Source: Botryllus schlosseri (taxonomy: Eukaryota). Taken from it: a stretch of DNA of 64,000 bases. Position numbers and translations under genes: made by a program. Location: the NCBI GenBank assembly GCA_051294905.1, contig CM119372.1, positions 34,350,001-34,414,000 on the forward strand, given 5' to 3'. A model generated the notes under the pieces. The model searched no databases, was not told the origin of the DNA, and worked only from the letters and a program-made list of their open reading frames with translations. Below, one piece after another: positions 11,736 to 26,700 of the stretch (position 1 is the first letter of the stretch; each line of letters opens with the position of its first letter).

Positions 11736-14700
11736 CTGAAAGTACATAATATAGAATTATGTGACATCTCTATATACATTACACATGTACCAACCGCACT
11801 TGCATCCAGATATGGTTATTGTTGTGCATAAAATCGGAGAGGTATTTTTTGTGGCCTGGTATTAAAAGAGTTCATGAAAATCTACTTATAATGCTATTTA
11901 ATACACTTTTTTCTGTCATCAATGCTGGCGATTCTTGAGACTTTTGGATGTTAGGCGCGTATGATTAACATGCACGACATGTAGGAGCTGTATTCTAGAA
12001 AGAAGCGTCGGAAACGCTATGTTCATGGCATTACACAATGGATATTGGATGTGCGCTCCAATCCTTTGTGGACATTCATATTTACTTATACACGGTGGTA
12101 TTTCGCCGGAGTACTTGACAAATGCTTTCTAACAGAAATCGTCCCGACATCCCGTCGTGGAAACATGTACATTTCGGTCTATTACAGTGCTTCCTAACCG
12201 GTAGATCGCGAAGCTATGTCAGGTAGGTCGGGAAGAATTTTTAAATGTTAAAATTTCTCATTAAATTTGCACAATATTCCAACACTTAGTCTTATCAAGA
12301 TTAGACGAGCAAATACACGTTCTCCTCTTTTAAATTATACTGCGCCATGAGCGCCACAAGCCACGTCCCTGTGCTCCTAATAATTTGTGAGCCAGGTTAT
12401 CGTGAAAGTCATTTTGATTGGAGAGTGAAATCGGACGGTGTGTTAATGTGTATGCCTGAGAATAGGAATTTATTATTTACTCCAAAGGCTTTGCGAACGT
12501 TGCTCGGAAAATGCAGCAATCTAGCCCGATTTGTCGCTATAATCAGCAAACAACTGTCGTGCCGCGTTTTAAAGCTACTCACAAGTTACAACCACTTTGT
12601 GTTCGACTTTTGTTGTTGTTTGTGAAATTCGTGATGTTTTTCGACTGCTCATTTACAGCAGACCAATATTCTATATTTTGATTCCGCAGGTGCCGATTGA
12701 AAGCAGGGCTCACTTCTAGGCTCTTTACGACACCGCGTCTATGCATATCAGGTGGCGAGGAGGAGCCTGGATTAACCATCCTCCTTTGTAATCATCTGCT
12801 GCATGCAGAACCGTAACTGCCGCACCCAAACCCCCTAACTGGGGTTGGGAGCGCGAAGGGCGGTCAATATGATCTCATGAATCCACATGAATTGTAGAGT
12901 ATTTGTTTGGAGAGTTATTCAAAATACAGCAACAGCACTATATTTAGGGGTAATAGATTTATCATAGTTACAGACTTTCACGGATATCATGTACATAAAT
13001 AAACTCCAGTCATGTATATAGGTATTTACCTAGATACTCAAATAACGTGGCATAAATTCAATCAGTTTTACGTCAACCACCTATTGTAAATTTGAAATAA
13101 TCAGTTGGAATATAATATTATTGATATATTTTAAATCAAAATAGTTTTTTCGTAAGATTTTCGCCTGTAAGCTATTTAGTGCAGTTTCTTGAAAGGTTCC
13201 GGCAATGGTCTGACATAATATGTTCAATTGTTCATCTCATCTGCCCTGATATCTTTCTTTTGTTGTTCTGATGTTTTGGTAGAACCTCTCCCCTTGCTAA
13301 TCAACAAGATGATCAGGAAATATATCAAGAAGACTGAACAGGAAGTGAACTTTAATGCTCATGTTTGTGCTCAAGTTTTCGATATGCAGATACGAATTTT
13401 CGGAATAACTGTTTGCAGTTGGCGGCTTTGTGATCATCTGAAAAGTTCTATTTACTACATCTTAGGAGAAAATACATGCAGTGACCTCCTTCCTAATATG
13501 AAATTGAAATCTTTCATCGGTATTCGTATATACCAGATACCAGATTTAAGCTTCTCGTTTGACAGGGTTACTTGGTATACCCACTTTCTTGACTCAGGGA
13601 AAATTATCCATTTACCAGTCAAAAAAAAATGAAACGCATAGGAGTACTGTAGTTAAGCCTTTCAAGGACAAATTTTATTGTCTTACACTTCTCTTTCATT
13701 TTGGTAGAATGACCAATTGATACAGGAGAATATGTATTTCCGTTGTGCATAAGTACAATTTTTAGGCTTGACTAACTGCTTTTTTGACAAACAAATATTT
13801 CTCATCATGTCATGTTAATATTGATAGAATGACTGAGAATGACATGAGGGTTCTTTATAGTCAAGTAGATATTTATGCGCAGTATAAAATTTAAAAAACT
13901 ACAATGATTTTCTTCCTACCAAGTGAAATATTTAAGGGTAAATACAGTAATTTTGGGCTTTTTTTGGGGTATAAATATCTTCTGACATGGAGCCAATCTG
14001 ACAAAACTAATGTGATATTCGTAATCAGCAACCTCAAAAACCCCAGAAACGGCTCTCAGATGTTCCGCCTAAAAAAACTTCCTTCGTTTTATTGACCAGT
14101 GTAATAGGTAATTATGTTCATGAAATTTGAAAGACACCACCTCCTCCCTCAGCTCTACTGGTAAATCTGATCCCTTTGGATAAGAGAGGACAAAAAAATT
14201 GAAATGATATATGCAATTGCTAATATCAATGACCAAATTCAACATGAATTCCGGAAAATGGTCACGCTAGGCACGAACAAATAACTATAACGCAATGACA
14301 ACATAAAAACTAGACCCCACGATCAGTGGGTAAAACGTTAGTCGTCAAAGGGGTCTGGTGGGTCGCGCAATGAAATGTGGATGAGAAGTGGGGCACGAAC
14401 AGAAAACGGTTCGGAAGCACTGGTCTACTGTACTTTGTGTTGACGAGATTAGGCCGAGCGGGCGTACACACGAAACATTATCGTATTAGCCTCGCTCGAA
14501 TGTCACGTCAACATGATCAGCAGACCGTTTTATGGGAGTGAAATGTATACTTACAATGTTGCGTGTAATTAACGTGCCCTCTCTGTGTAAGATCGGCAAC
14601 ATGAAGCCGTATTGCATTCAGTTTATATTGGCTATGCCACTACAGTCATGGATAAATTTATCCGTTTTGTGGGTTAATACCATTTTCGTGAAGCTAAGAC

Positions 14701-17700
14701 TCTGAACAGTTGTATTTGTGTATATCACACATGCCTGAGTCAATTTTGGGCTCTATGCGAGATCGCAAATAGGATTTATTTAATGCGCGATAGTTTTGTA
14801 ATATATTCATAACCTTATTTGAGTTGTGTTGGACGTCGGTCACTGTATTTAATTCTTCACGGATGGCCTGAATGGAGTTTGGAGTCAGGGGCGCATACAA
14901 TTCCAAACGCACTTATATATTTAACACGCTGTGCAGAATTATCTGCACCTTACATATAAAACTGACGTCTCATTATTAGCATCTTATTCAGTTCAATTTA
15001 TTGCTTAAAACTTCATCATTTCGATACACCACAAAACTGGGATACAATGAATAATAGGAAGGTGTCGAAACGACTTGGATCAGTCTTCGAAATCAGGCAC
15101 CCACCCGGCCTAGGCTATGTAAAGCTTGGGCGTGGCATGGAACCGTTTTTACGCGATCTATCAGTCTATATATGTATGCAATATTGCCTCCGTATCGGCA
15201 CATCCAATGAAACGAAGAATATTTGGTGGCTTCAAACTGACTTGATGTAGGAAATCCTTAAATGACTTGACTTGACGCGAGCCAAACTTCCAGCGACTTA
15301 TTGTCAGGAATTTCTACTCAATTTCAAGTAGGAGCAGCAATTTCCAGGACTTATCAAAACGACGACAAATGAAGCTCTGAAAATTATTCACGCAAGAGGT
15401 TTTAAAATTTAGATTATGACGATATGTCGCATACGTTTAGCAGTTGATGGGACAGGGCTACTTTCGAAATTGCATAATGCGTCTTCGCTACAGACGAAAA
15501 ATGTCTGTTGACGCTATTAATACCTTTACAATCATCGAGAATATAATTAGCCGCAGTGACACAGTAGTTTTATTTCATGCGGACCATATGACATATGACA
15601 TATGACGAAGCCGTATCAGCTGGTGACGAATAGTGGTTTTAGGTACCAGAGAATGGCTTATTTTTACCAACAACAACTACAACAAAAACAACAATATTTT
15701 TAAACTGAAAGCAATTTCGCTATTTCAAAATGATTTATTAACCGTTCTTCCGAAACTGTAATCAGGTCGCGGGCCACCAAATATGACCTCGTGGTGCCAT
15801 ACCTTGATGCATAGTTATAGCAGAGTGGGTTGACACATTCTGACGCGCGCAATAAGGTGTAGGCAACGTTCCAATATATCCATCGGTCGCGACGTGTAAA
15901 GCCGGTGTCAACGTTCAAAGCAGCAAGGTAGCGATAGCCTGAAAAAACATTATATTTGACCGTTTCGCATGAATAGTCGGTGGATGATTAATGCTACGGG
16001 TCGCAGTCAAGAAGACCGACGGTATGCCACTTGCGGCTATACGGAAACACGTTGCGCATGCGCATATATGAAAGGCACCATGCGCCGTGCTGTTGGTTCA
16101 AGACTTGCGGATTTTGAAAATAGAGTGTTCAGTGTTCACTGGTCAATTACCATAGTCGAGTCGCCCTACTCTCACCAACAGCGTAGGTTTTCTTACTTTC
16201 ACCATTTCTCAGTGGATTTCCGTGCAAGGCTGGTCTGTGAACTATAGGTGAACACCAGGAGTGGTCAGCATAACGAAGTACTGGATTTTCCTATATTTCC
16301 ACTACTATCTCAATTGATTTTATTTTGAGACTATACCTACATTCCTAGCCAATGGATGTTTATGGAAAAACTACTTAATTTTACTATGCGCTTACTGTAA
16401 GCCGGATAGGAAGGTTTGAATAGGATTGCATCACTTTTATGACTGAAAATGTCGTAACAGCTAAGCGAAATATCCTCTGTGTCGCGCTACCTCATAGTGC
16501 CTTCGGAAGTAGAGCCATTTGTAGTGTCGTTGTTATATATGGGTTTGATGGTCCTTGACCAGGGCTGGCCAACCTTTTTAGCCAAAGGGCCACATTCCAT
16601 TGACGAACTTTTGGGCGGGCCACTATTCGCGCGAAGCGCGAAAAATTTTGCAGTTCATAGGTCAATAATATTGTTACTTGACTTGCAGGCCTGCTGTATA
16701 TCGCTTGGCTAACTTTGCGACGACTGGGCTATTCGGCGCATGGACATATCGATATCGAAAGCTGCGACCAGTATGCGTCAATCATATCGTGCCTAGGTTT
16801 CATAGTCGACAGTCTTACTGCGAGCGCAAATGCACGGTCGCATATGTTGAACGACACTTTGTCTCGTAATCGCGAATATAGTTAGACTCAATCTGATACA
16901 TTAGGTGTTCTTCCAGTTTCGCAAATGGGCAACAATATTAAAAACAAGTAATCGAGTGACAACATATTGCGCTAAGCTTGTAGAAAATTTTTAACTTTGA
17001 TAAATTTATCGCAAATTATTCTGCTTTAATGTAGTGTACGAAGATCTACCAATATGTGAATGGCTGATGGATCTGTCAATGCTTCGGAACTGATATCTTA
17101 GTCATCACATCTCAAGTGTTGCGGCCAGACTAATCAAAATTTTGGTTGACCTTGCAAGTTCACAATCTGTGCAATCCATTTTGATGATATTCGAAATTTG
17201 GGAAATTACCTCGCGGGCCACTCAAAACCTTCTCGCGGGCCAGATGTGGCCCGCGGGCCACGGGTTGGCCGGCCCTGTCCTTGACTATACTATGGTCTGC
17301 GTATCTGATCTGTTTGAGCTCGTCCATTCGATGGTATTTGATTTGACTGGTACCTATAATTCCAATTCACTAACAGGTTTACTTGAGTATGGACCCAATG
17401 AGTCTTGCGCGGTCACGTCAATATGGTTTCATCGCGATACATTTTGTAGATACCTAGATTGTGTGTCTTGAGTGATTATACTGAGTAGTCATTGGCGTCA
17501 ATCGTGAATATGCAACTTGGAATTTCGAATGATGCGCCTCCGATTAACTGATGAATGTGTGCGAGCCTTCCGACCAAATTTACATTTTGATATCACATAT
17601 CTGAGTACTTGTCATATCTACACTTTTAATTCCACAGGAACTAATTTTGACATGACTTCATAATATCTACTTCTTCTTGCAATAGAGAAGACATTTACGA

Positions 17701-20700
17701 CATTACTTCGACTTTATTGAGTGTCAACGCTGACTGCTTTGAACACATCTATAGATCATCGTATTATAATCGTAAAATGATTCGGGTATATTATATATTG
17801 CTGCGCTTTACCTATCGGCATAGCGTGTCCGATCAAATAGCTTAATACGATCACTGCAATCTGACGCAATGCTGCTTTTTCTCTCTGGTTCCTTGCTGTG
17901 GAGCTCGTCAGTCCTGTTCATGAAAATATAAAAATTTAGAATAGTATTGTTTACGCTGTATCATCGAATACTTGCAGCTGCGCTACGGTACAGTTAGAAT
18001 AAAACCCGAGCGAAATCAAATTTTCGAACTGGCACTAATATAACAATTTTTGCCGATAAGGCGATGTTTTCTGCGGATATCACAATGTAACGTACTTTAA
18101 CTAAAACTGGGCTACTCTGGTAAGTTTAGGGTCCAGTTGGTCAAGACCGTTATTACTCTTAGAAATACAAATGTATTACGGTATAGCGGTAATAGCCAAA
18201 GTAATAAGGGAAGTATATATTGTAATGGTAAAAATCACAGCTAGTGATAGAATTTGCATTTCTTCATTCTTTCTTATTCTTAATTTCTTTCTTAATTTTT
18301 TCATTTCCTAACCTAGGTTTCAAAGTGGTGGAAGCGAGTCGAATGCTGTGCTGAAAGTTGCATTGGTCGAGTAGCCATACATATGCGAAATCTATTCGTT
18401 GTAAAGTTCATGGTTGAAAATGCTGACTCGCTGATCCCTGAGTCATTCAGTCTCTAGCCAAGGCAGTTATATATTGTTAATTTGGAGCTTGAAAGAAAGA
18501 ATAAACATACTTTTCTTTGTTTTTGCAAATAAACGATAATGCATTCGGTTGATATAATTAACTAGGGCAACTACCGGATTCGACATTGAGAAGGTCTGCA
18601 GTGTGGGACCGCGGTCCACCAGTTTAGTAGCCCTGAACTAGAGCTTGTACTCACGAATAGGGCTGCGGCATTGTTACGCCACAAGGTCAACCAAGTCACA
18701 ATGCAAATTTCGAGGCTGATAAAGGGGGCTACATGACCGAGAGCAGAAAAAAAATCTATTTACGTAATCAGTAGCGCCGTATCTTTCGATTGATACCAAT
18801 TTTATTAAGTTTCTTGCTCGGCATGGCAATCTAAATAGTGCCGAAAATTTTATTTTGGTCGAATGGAAAGAATGACGTAACCCAAACGCAGTGAGTCTTG
18901 CGATTGGGCTGTGTCCACACCACTGTAGGACAATATGGCCCGTACAGTACTGGCGCATAATGGTTCGGAGCAATGAAGCCATAGAATCCACATTTGCAGT
19001 AGTAACTATTTACAATGCCAGGACAACGTTACGACCAAAGAGCGCGGAAGTTGAAGAGATGACTTCATTGGATTGGCCGATAAACATCGCCGGAACTGGC
19101 CGATACCGTTATTTTTACGGAATCAGATATCGGCGTCGACATATCAGTTGGAATCTAGTACTGAATATGTGGTTAATATGCGATTAGAGTAATTTCCACA
19201 CTGTAAAAGTTCATGCCAACCGAATTAATTCACATTCAATCATTATACTGGGAACAGACAACCGCATGTTTATCTTCACAAAAGACGCCATTCGCAAGGG
19301 TAGCCTATACGTAAAACATACGACCCGATATACCGGCTTCGCTGAGTAAATAGAATAATTCTCGTGTCTTGCAGCATAATTTTATCACAAGTTTAGATTT
19401 TTATGAAGAAATACTATTACGTAAATAATCCCTGAAGACTAAAAATGTCGAATATGTTTTTTGTTTATGCGCGAGTCACTATAAGTGTAACAAGTCTGTG
19501 ACATTCACACGAAATTCGGAGAACGCAGTAAAGTATACACTCAGCTCGCCAATGGTAAACCGCTACAGGCAAGTTACATAGTGCTCTGAAAAGATGAAGC
19601 TAATATCTGTGGTTGTCGTTCAAAGTCACTTTTGACTCCCGGCCTCATAAAGCGATTTTGTCTATCCTCCTAATGTACATTTTCATGCGATCACTTAAAA
19701 CCTGAAATCTGGATTAAATAAAAAACGAACCAAATGCGGAGAATCCGCTTTTATTATTAATTAAAGCATCAATACACATTGCAGCAGTATTATTATTACA
19801 AAGGAAGCATAGAAATATGCCAACTTATATCGTCGTGACCCTGCAGTTTAGAGCCACTGTTTTAGTGGTTAATATAGATATATTAGATAAAAGAATCGCT
19901 CAATCAATGTCATCGTTAGGCTGCTTCATTTACTCACTTTATTGCTTGGTGCAATCCGGGTATTTCAACGTCACCTTGTGGAGCTACGAGACCATTTTAT
20001 AAATCGATTTATGCTTTTAACCAATTTTAGAACAAGAAAATTTCACCCGATACCTTGCACTCGTCTCATGAGCAGTAGATTGTATGCGATGAGGACCGAA
20101 AAAATGATGATCGCGGCCGTGGGTATGTGTTGTAGAATTGGAGCGGTATACGTTGTGTAGGTTCTCTTCAAGTGTATCCTAAACGAGATGGAGAACAAGT
20201 ATTCTTGATGCTCGCGAAGCGAGCATTATGTTTCACGGCTACTACCATGTTCCGTATCCAATGACGCATCTGCGGGCGCCTCCTTTGCCTTCTTCTATTC
20301 CAGTCATAAACATGCGGATTACGAATATCGAAAGAATCGACTCGGCCCAAATTACGGCCGACAGGACCTATTTGACAGTATCTGCATTGATTTTCGCGAC
20401 AGCTCTCATCAAAAGTGATCAGAGCTCAAGCAATAGCTTACGTAACGTCCCAAATTCCAACTCAAATACAAGTAGACCTATACCGATCCTCAAAGAACTT
20501 ATGTCAAGTGGAAATAGAAAATGAAGGTCTGACCAGCATTCAAGTAAGTACTTTCAAAACATATGCTTCTACTTTAGCAGTTAATAGGTGACGAAATTCT
20601 CCTCATCGATGACAAAATTATCCCTATCACCATTGGATTGGTGTTATCCTGCAACCGTCATTTGTGAATAGTCGAGACTGTTTGATTTTCCCACCGTGCC

Positions 20701-23700
20701 GAATTTTCTTTTTTTTAGCCTTGATATTTTATGTCATTTTGACATTATGTCGTTTATCCATTACGTAAGCCATTATTGACTGCTTTTCATTTCATCTTAC
20801 GCCATTGTTGACCGTGGTGCAAAAGACCAATGAGGGATAAGGGCCAAATTCTTCTTCCAATAAACAACGAAAAAAGATGATGTCTGCTTCGCAACTAAGG
20901 CTGCATTTAAAACAAACGGTGTTTTAAAACACTTTGTTTAAAACATGTTTTAAACCAGTGGTTCCCAAAGTGGGCGCCCCCTGGGGACGTTCGCGAGCGT
21001 CAATGGGGCGCTGGCCATGAAATGGGCGATTGGGGGGGCACTGGCTAATAAATTGGGCGGTAGAGCAAATGGGGCGATTCTAGAAGGCAACTGCTGCATA
21101 CTGTTGAAACGATCGATAAATAAAGCATAGCTAAATACGCAGTAAAAATGCAAAATCGATTCGTTCTGAGCAGCTTAGTATAGTCCGTATATTTATTCAG
21201 CTGTACCCGAAAAGTCCATTGTTACATGAAAATGTTGATCCTGCCAGTAGTAGGATGACCTGAAATTGTGCCCCGACATTCCCCGCCCCGAGGCTATTTA
21301 CGTTCATCGTGCCCGCTAGACTATTGCTGTGTGTATTTATGAGCAAATTTCATTGTTTGTGAATTTCAATACCGATATTCGACAGATGTTCGCGAGATAT
21401 TCTATTATGTGTATTTAGGACGACTTGACAAGTGGCTATATTCGCGAGATAATATTATTATGTGTATTTGGACTTTGTATTTTAGCGGATAACATGTGCT
21501 CTCAGATAGACTCATCAACGTTGAACTATAGCCGCGGTTTTATGATGATTACGTTAGATGATTAAATTCCGAAACTTCATAATAACTTGCTTTCTGGATA
21601 TCAATAACATTCAGATTACACATAAATTTCGAAAACTATGATGTCAATGCAAGACTATATTTGGCAGATATTCACAGATAACACTCATCAACGTTGAACC
21701 AGGCGCGGTTTTATGATGATATATCAAAATTCTACACATCATCACTAATTAATTAATGTAAAATGCGATTTTGAGCGCAGACAGATCGCGGTTTCGATTA
21801 CCGAGGTGTCCGCATTTCACGACCTAATATGAACGCGCACTACAACTTCATTCGAATACCTGTGAATTTACTTTGCATGTCGAGTATAAAGATAATTTAA
21901 TCAGCACTAGAACGCCAACGGACGAGCCGCAGGCGCATAATTCTCGGCATTATAATTAAACTAACTTTTCGCTGCAGGTACGCGATTCCTAACTCTCCGT
22001 TACGGAGCAAAAGTCGATATTGGTTTGTGATGATTTTGATGTTGTTCCATACCGATTGGGAAGATAGCACACCTAATTTCGTAACTAACTACATAATCCC
22101 CAGTAACGTAGTAAGACGCATAACGGAATTTACGCAAAATCGGAATTGCTCTGCGATAATTTTGATCACTATGTTTTGATAATGACTTGCTTCCGAGAAA
22201 TAAATAACATTCATTATACGTTAGATCAGTGCTTTTCAACCTTTTTGAGCTTCATTCGCACTTTTTTTTGTAAAATAAATTTCATTCGCACAAACTAACC
22301 GAAAATTATTATGGTAAATACAGCATTTATTTGCTCAGATGTGCAACAAATTGGCTACTATCTACCTTAAGCTATCAAGTGTGTCTCGGCCAAACAAGTT
22401 GTTGGGTTTTGTACAAGAACGTCTATTTGCGCTTGGACGGCCATATGTCTTAAAATCTGTTCTGCACTCCTATCCAAAATACAACGCATTTTTCACCAGT
22501 GAAAAATACTTGCTGGAAGAAATTGATTTTGAGAGCTGACAAAAAGGTCTGGGATGAGGCTCCAGTATGCCGAAAGTGTTAATAAAACACTTGTTTGTGT
22601 TGAGGCTTTTGCCTTATGTCTTGGAAAATGAGGTCCAAACGATCAAGGATAGTAGGCACATTGGAGCTCGCTACCTTATGATACGTTGCTCCAAATTGTT
22701 TTTCGATTTCACATATTCTGTCTCGTATGTATGTGGGAAGAGCAAATAAACTCACGATATACTGTGTGTTCTGCTCTTTAGCTCAATCTAACTGGAGAAT
22801 TCATAACAGTTTAATAACGTTGAACCAGCTTTTTAGTCTATACGACCAAATTCTCAGTTTTTGTGGCATCTCATGACCGAGCCTCAACCATGAAAATGAA
22901 TTCATTTTTAAAATTAGAGTAGTATGCTATGATTTTACGGACATGGATGACATACAGAACGCGCACACCACAATTCTATCCAACACAGCTCTACAAAATA
23001 TATCTGACGCACGCGATTTCAAATTAGGGTGAATTATATTCCTCCGCGTGTTGCAGATGTACTGCTTTCTACTCAGTTTGCAAGAACGGGACTATTCCGT
23101 GCCGACAACGGAGCATATCCATATCGAATGGTTTGGTCATCCAGCATCGGTCATTTTTTGACCACGGTTTTGTCGACGCTTATGTCTTGACACCGCATTT
23201 TATCAGCCGTTTGTTGGCCAAAACTTTACGTCTTCATTTGACCCGAAGCAGAAGGGGTTGGCCTCGAAATAAATGAGTCTCATAGACCTGAACTCGCTCG
23301 TTGCACATCCCTAGTTCCTACAGTAGTTCATCCCAACGGTCTTCAACCATGTTCTCCACGAGAAAAAAAGAGTCGGACAAATCTTATCATGAATTCCCGT
23401 GATAAATCCATATTTTCTGCGTGTCTCGCTTATTGGCTACAGTAGGCCTACCCAACACCTTGATCTTGAATTTGTAAAAACTATCGCGGGGTTCAATAAA
23501 TTCAACAAATATTACATACATATTAACAGATAGCTCTGGCACCGTACCGACCCAAAATTATACCCTTTGCGGTCCATGCTTTAATAACCCTTGATGGGGT
23601 GAAGTTTGCGTTACAGTAACTTGCAAATGTGAGTCTGTAATGATTGCATTTACTACTATCCTCGTGCCTCGCACTAATTGAACAGGTATTAACGAAAGTA

Positions 23701-26700
23701 TGATGATTGTTTAGCGAAAGTAAGCAGAATATCAATTTAACGTCAATTTCCAGTCTGTGGCAGGCTCAGACGGGCTGCTATACTGTATGTCTGCCACTAC
23801 ACAAGCTTCCAAACCAGGCTTTTGGTAATGTAATAATTAGAGTGCGAAAATAGTAATTCACTATGGCTTGTGAGAGCTACGATTAGTGGTGGGTCGTCAG
23901 TTAAAGATGTTTTACTATTGCGTCGCAGCAACAAAAATTACACTGCCTTCGAATTTCCTATTAGGTTATTTTGAATTATTCCAGGTCTGAAAAACTAACA
24001 ATAACTATTCACAATTTTCATTCGCACTCATCTCGGATTTTTATTCGCACCGTTCGCACCACCTTCGTCATTCGCACTCATCCGGGATTTTCATTCGCAC
24101 CGTTCGCACCATGTTCGTCATTCGCACTGCAATTTTTTCCATTCGCACAAGTGCGAACCGTCACACAGGTTGAAAAGCACTGCGTTAGATGATACTTTTC
24201 CTTGATATTCTATCATGTGTATTTAGGACTAATGCGACATCACTATATTTACGACAGGTCTGATTTGAACACACTAATTTTGCGAATTAAACTTATCGCC
24301 CACCACGGACACTCATCCGCCCATTGCCGCACCTATAGCACGCCCATTGCCACATCATCAGCCACGCCCATTGCCACATCATCTGCTACGTCATCTGTGC
24401 CACATCATCAAACACCACGCCTATAGAGCATTATTGACTTTAATACGCTGTATTTTAAATTAATATCGCAAAGTGCACGAATTTCCATGTTGTTCAAATA
24501 CCACAAACTTTGCTTGCTTTGAGAGTTAGTAACTAAGCGCATAACAGAATTTACCCAAAAAATCGGTCCTTAATTTAGTCAACATCATTGAGATAGCCCT
24601 GATTTAAAGAAATTTCATCACAAATCTAATGATGCAACACCCTTAAAACTAACGCAGTCGAATACCGACTTTACGCATATCTGTTTTGCATGAACATAGC
24701 GTATACATATACATAGTCAATTTTAATAACGGAATTACCATGCTAATAATCAAATCCCCAGCCTGAAACTTGGTACGCGGTTGTAGGACATTATGAAAAT
24801 ACAGCATACCAAATTTCGTCAGACATTTCATGATGTAACGCACCTTTAAAACTAACGCAGTTCTCTACAGACTTTTGCGTAAATCTGTTTTTCGGTAGCG
24901 CAGCACGTACCTATACAGTCAACATTAAAACGGAATTACCATGTTAATAATCGACTCCCCACCTTGAAACTCGGTACGCAGTTGTAAGACATTATGGTAA
25001 TGTACCATGTCAAATTTTGTTACGCATTTCATGATTGAACAACTTTAAAACTAACGCAGTTCTATACCGACATTCGAGTGAATCTGTTTTGCGGGAGCGT
25101 AGCACATACCTATGCGTAGTCAACTTTAACCCTATCTCCGCGGTCGGCCTCGAGTCCAAATTTTACCGCTCTCACGAAAAAGATCATAAAATCCGAACAG
25201 TGGGACTTGAACCAACACCCAATATATCGTTGTAAGCAGGAAACAGCTGCCTAACCAACTGAGCTACTCGGATTGATCAGCTGGGAGAGCTGAAAGCGCT
25301 ATGAGAAGAAGTGTTTCAGGTTTTGAAAAATTAGAAGAGAATTTTGTTACTGAATTTGCCTTTACGTCATACATAGACGCTCTCGGGGTGAAATCATCGC
25401 CTGACTGATTTCACAGCAATATCACCTTTCTAAAATGTCCTGAGTGAGCTTCATACCGTAACACAGTCGAGTGTGAAGGCCGTTTATGTAACACGTGCTC
25501 AACGTCGCGCATCTTGCAAACGAGGCTCACACACGCGGCGCGCGTTGTTTTGATAGTCTGGCCGTCACAATATCATTGTATATAATCGGTAATTGCCTAT
25601 CAATCAGTTGTACGATTTATTGCTATGCGTTGAAATAAACCTTGCTCTTTGAACAACAACAGATGAATCCATGGTGGTTGAATTGACCGGTAGTGATAAC
25701 CTGCAACTCCTCCATGCTTCCTCAGGCACAGATATGCCGTCAATATGGTTTATTGTGTATCGCATGCGCATCGCGGCATATATATTCAAGTAAAACGATA
25801 TATTTACGTTTGGCACAATACAATATATTTCAATCATAAGTGGAATACTGACAAACTACACTGCTCAAGGATAACATATATAAAACGGATGATTCAACTG
25901 TCTGTATGATGTTGGTATTACAGGCGCGAATACCGTACACTCGCGCCAACTTCCACACCCATGTCTGCAGTGGTTAGCACTGGCTTCGCGTAACTTATAT
26001 ACGATCAACCTTCGTGATACTGATCTTGTTGAAGTGTTATGGACTGCATCTAACTATGTGTGTGACATTCAACTGTGTAAGACAATCGTAAGTGAATGTA
26101 TATGGCCTTATGTGCCAATGCTCATACGTGCGCGGCATTTTTCACGTAACAGAACATTGCTATATTTCTCATCAATTTGAAGAGTGTTCTATCCAACTAA
26201 TTGCCGATATTATGGTTGAAATGAACTCTTGCGATCAACAACTACTCTAAAACGACAACTGTGTCTGCTTACGACGTGTAGAACGGAAGATGTAAGGAAT
26301 TATAAGATTAGCGTTCATTCAGGCGAACTGAGCTACACATTGTATTTTGCGGGAAACGTTTTTCTGTATTCAATCTGCATTTTGAACAGGTTATGCCATA
26401 AGGCAATGGTTTATATATAGCTGGTCGTATGCGTATCGACAATCGCTATTTCTAGACGATCATTGTAACCGTTTACGACCCCTACAACGCAAGATGTCGT
26501 TAATTGATTGAAGCGTGTTTGTGAAAAACTGTGCATGGATCCTATAGGATCCACCCGCGGGGAAAGGGTGACGGAATTACAGATGCAATTAAGTTTCAAC
26601 ACTTTTACAACGATTCTTCTTGCTTCCTATAACATCCCACTCGAAGCCCTCGTTACTAGGCTATGATCCCAGCATGAGCTATGTCTTGAAGCCTACGGAA

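Noticed and set aside
19938..19983. Possible extra ICL3 exon (ag|...|gtgagt, APQGDVEIPGLHQAI)
   Set aside because: It ends in phase 2, whereas exon 6 already joins exon 7 in phase 1. The only bridging candidate (19825-19856) resembles a dispersed repeat also seen near 40118-40168. Alternative splicing is not excluded
25191..25273. Functional tRNA gene
   Set aside because: D and T stems contain mismatches and no regular anticodon arm can be drawn; kept only as tRNA-like
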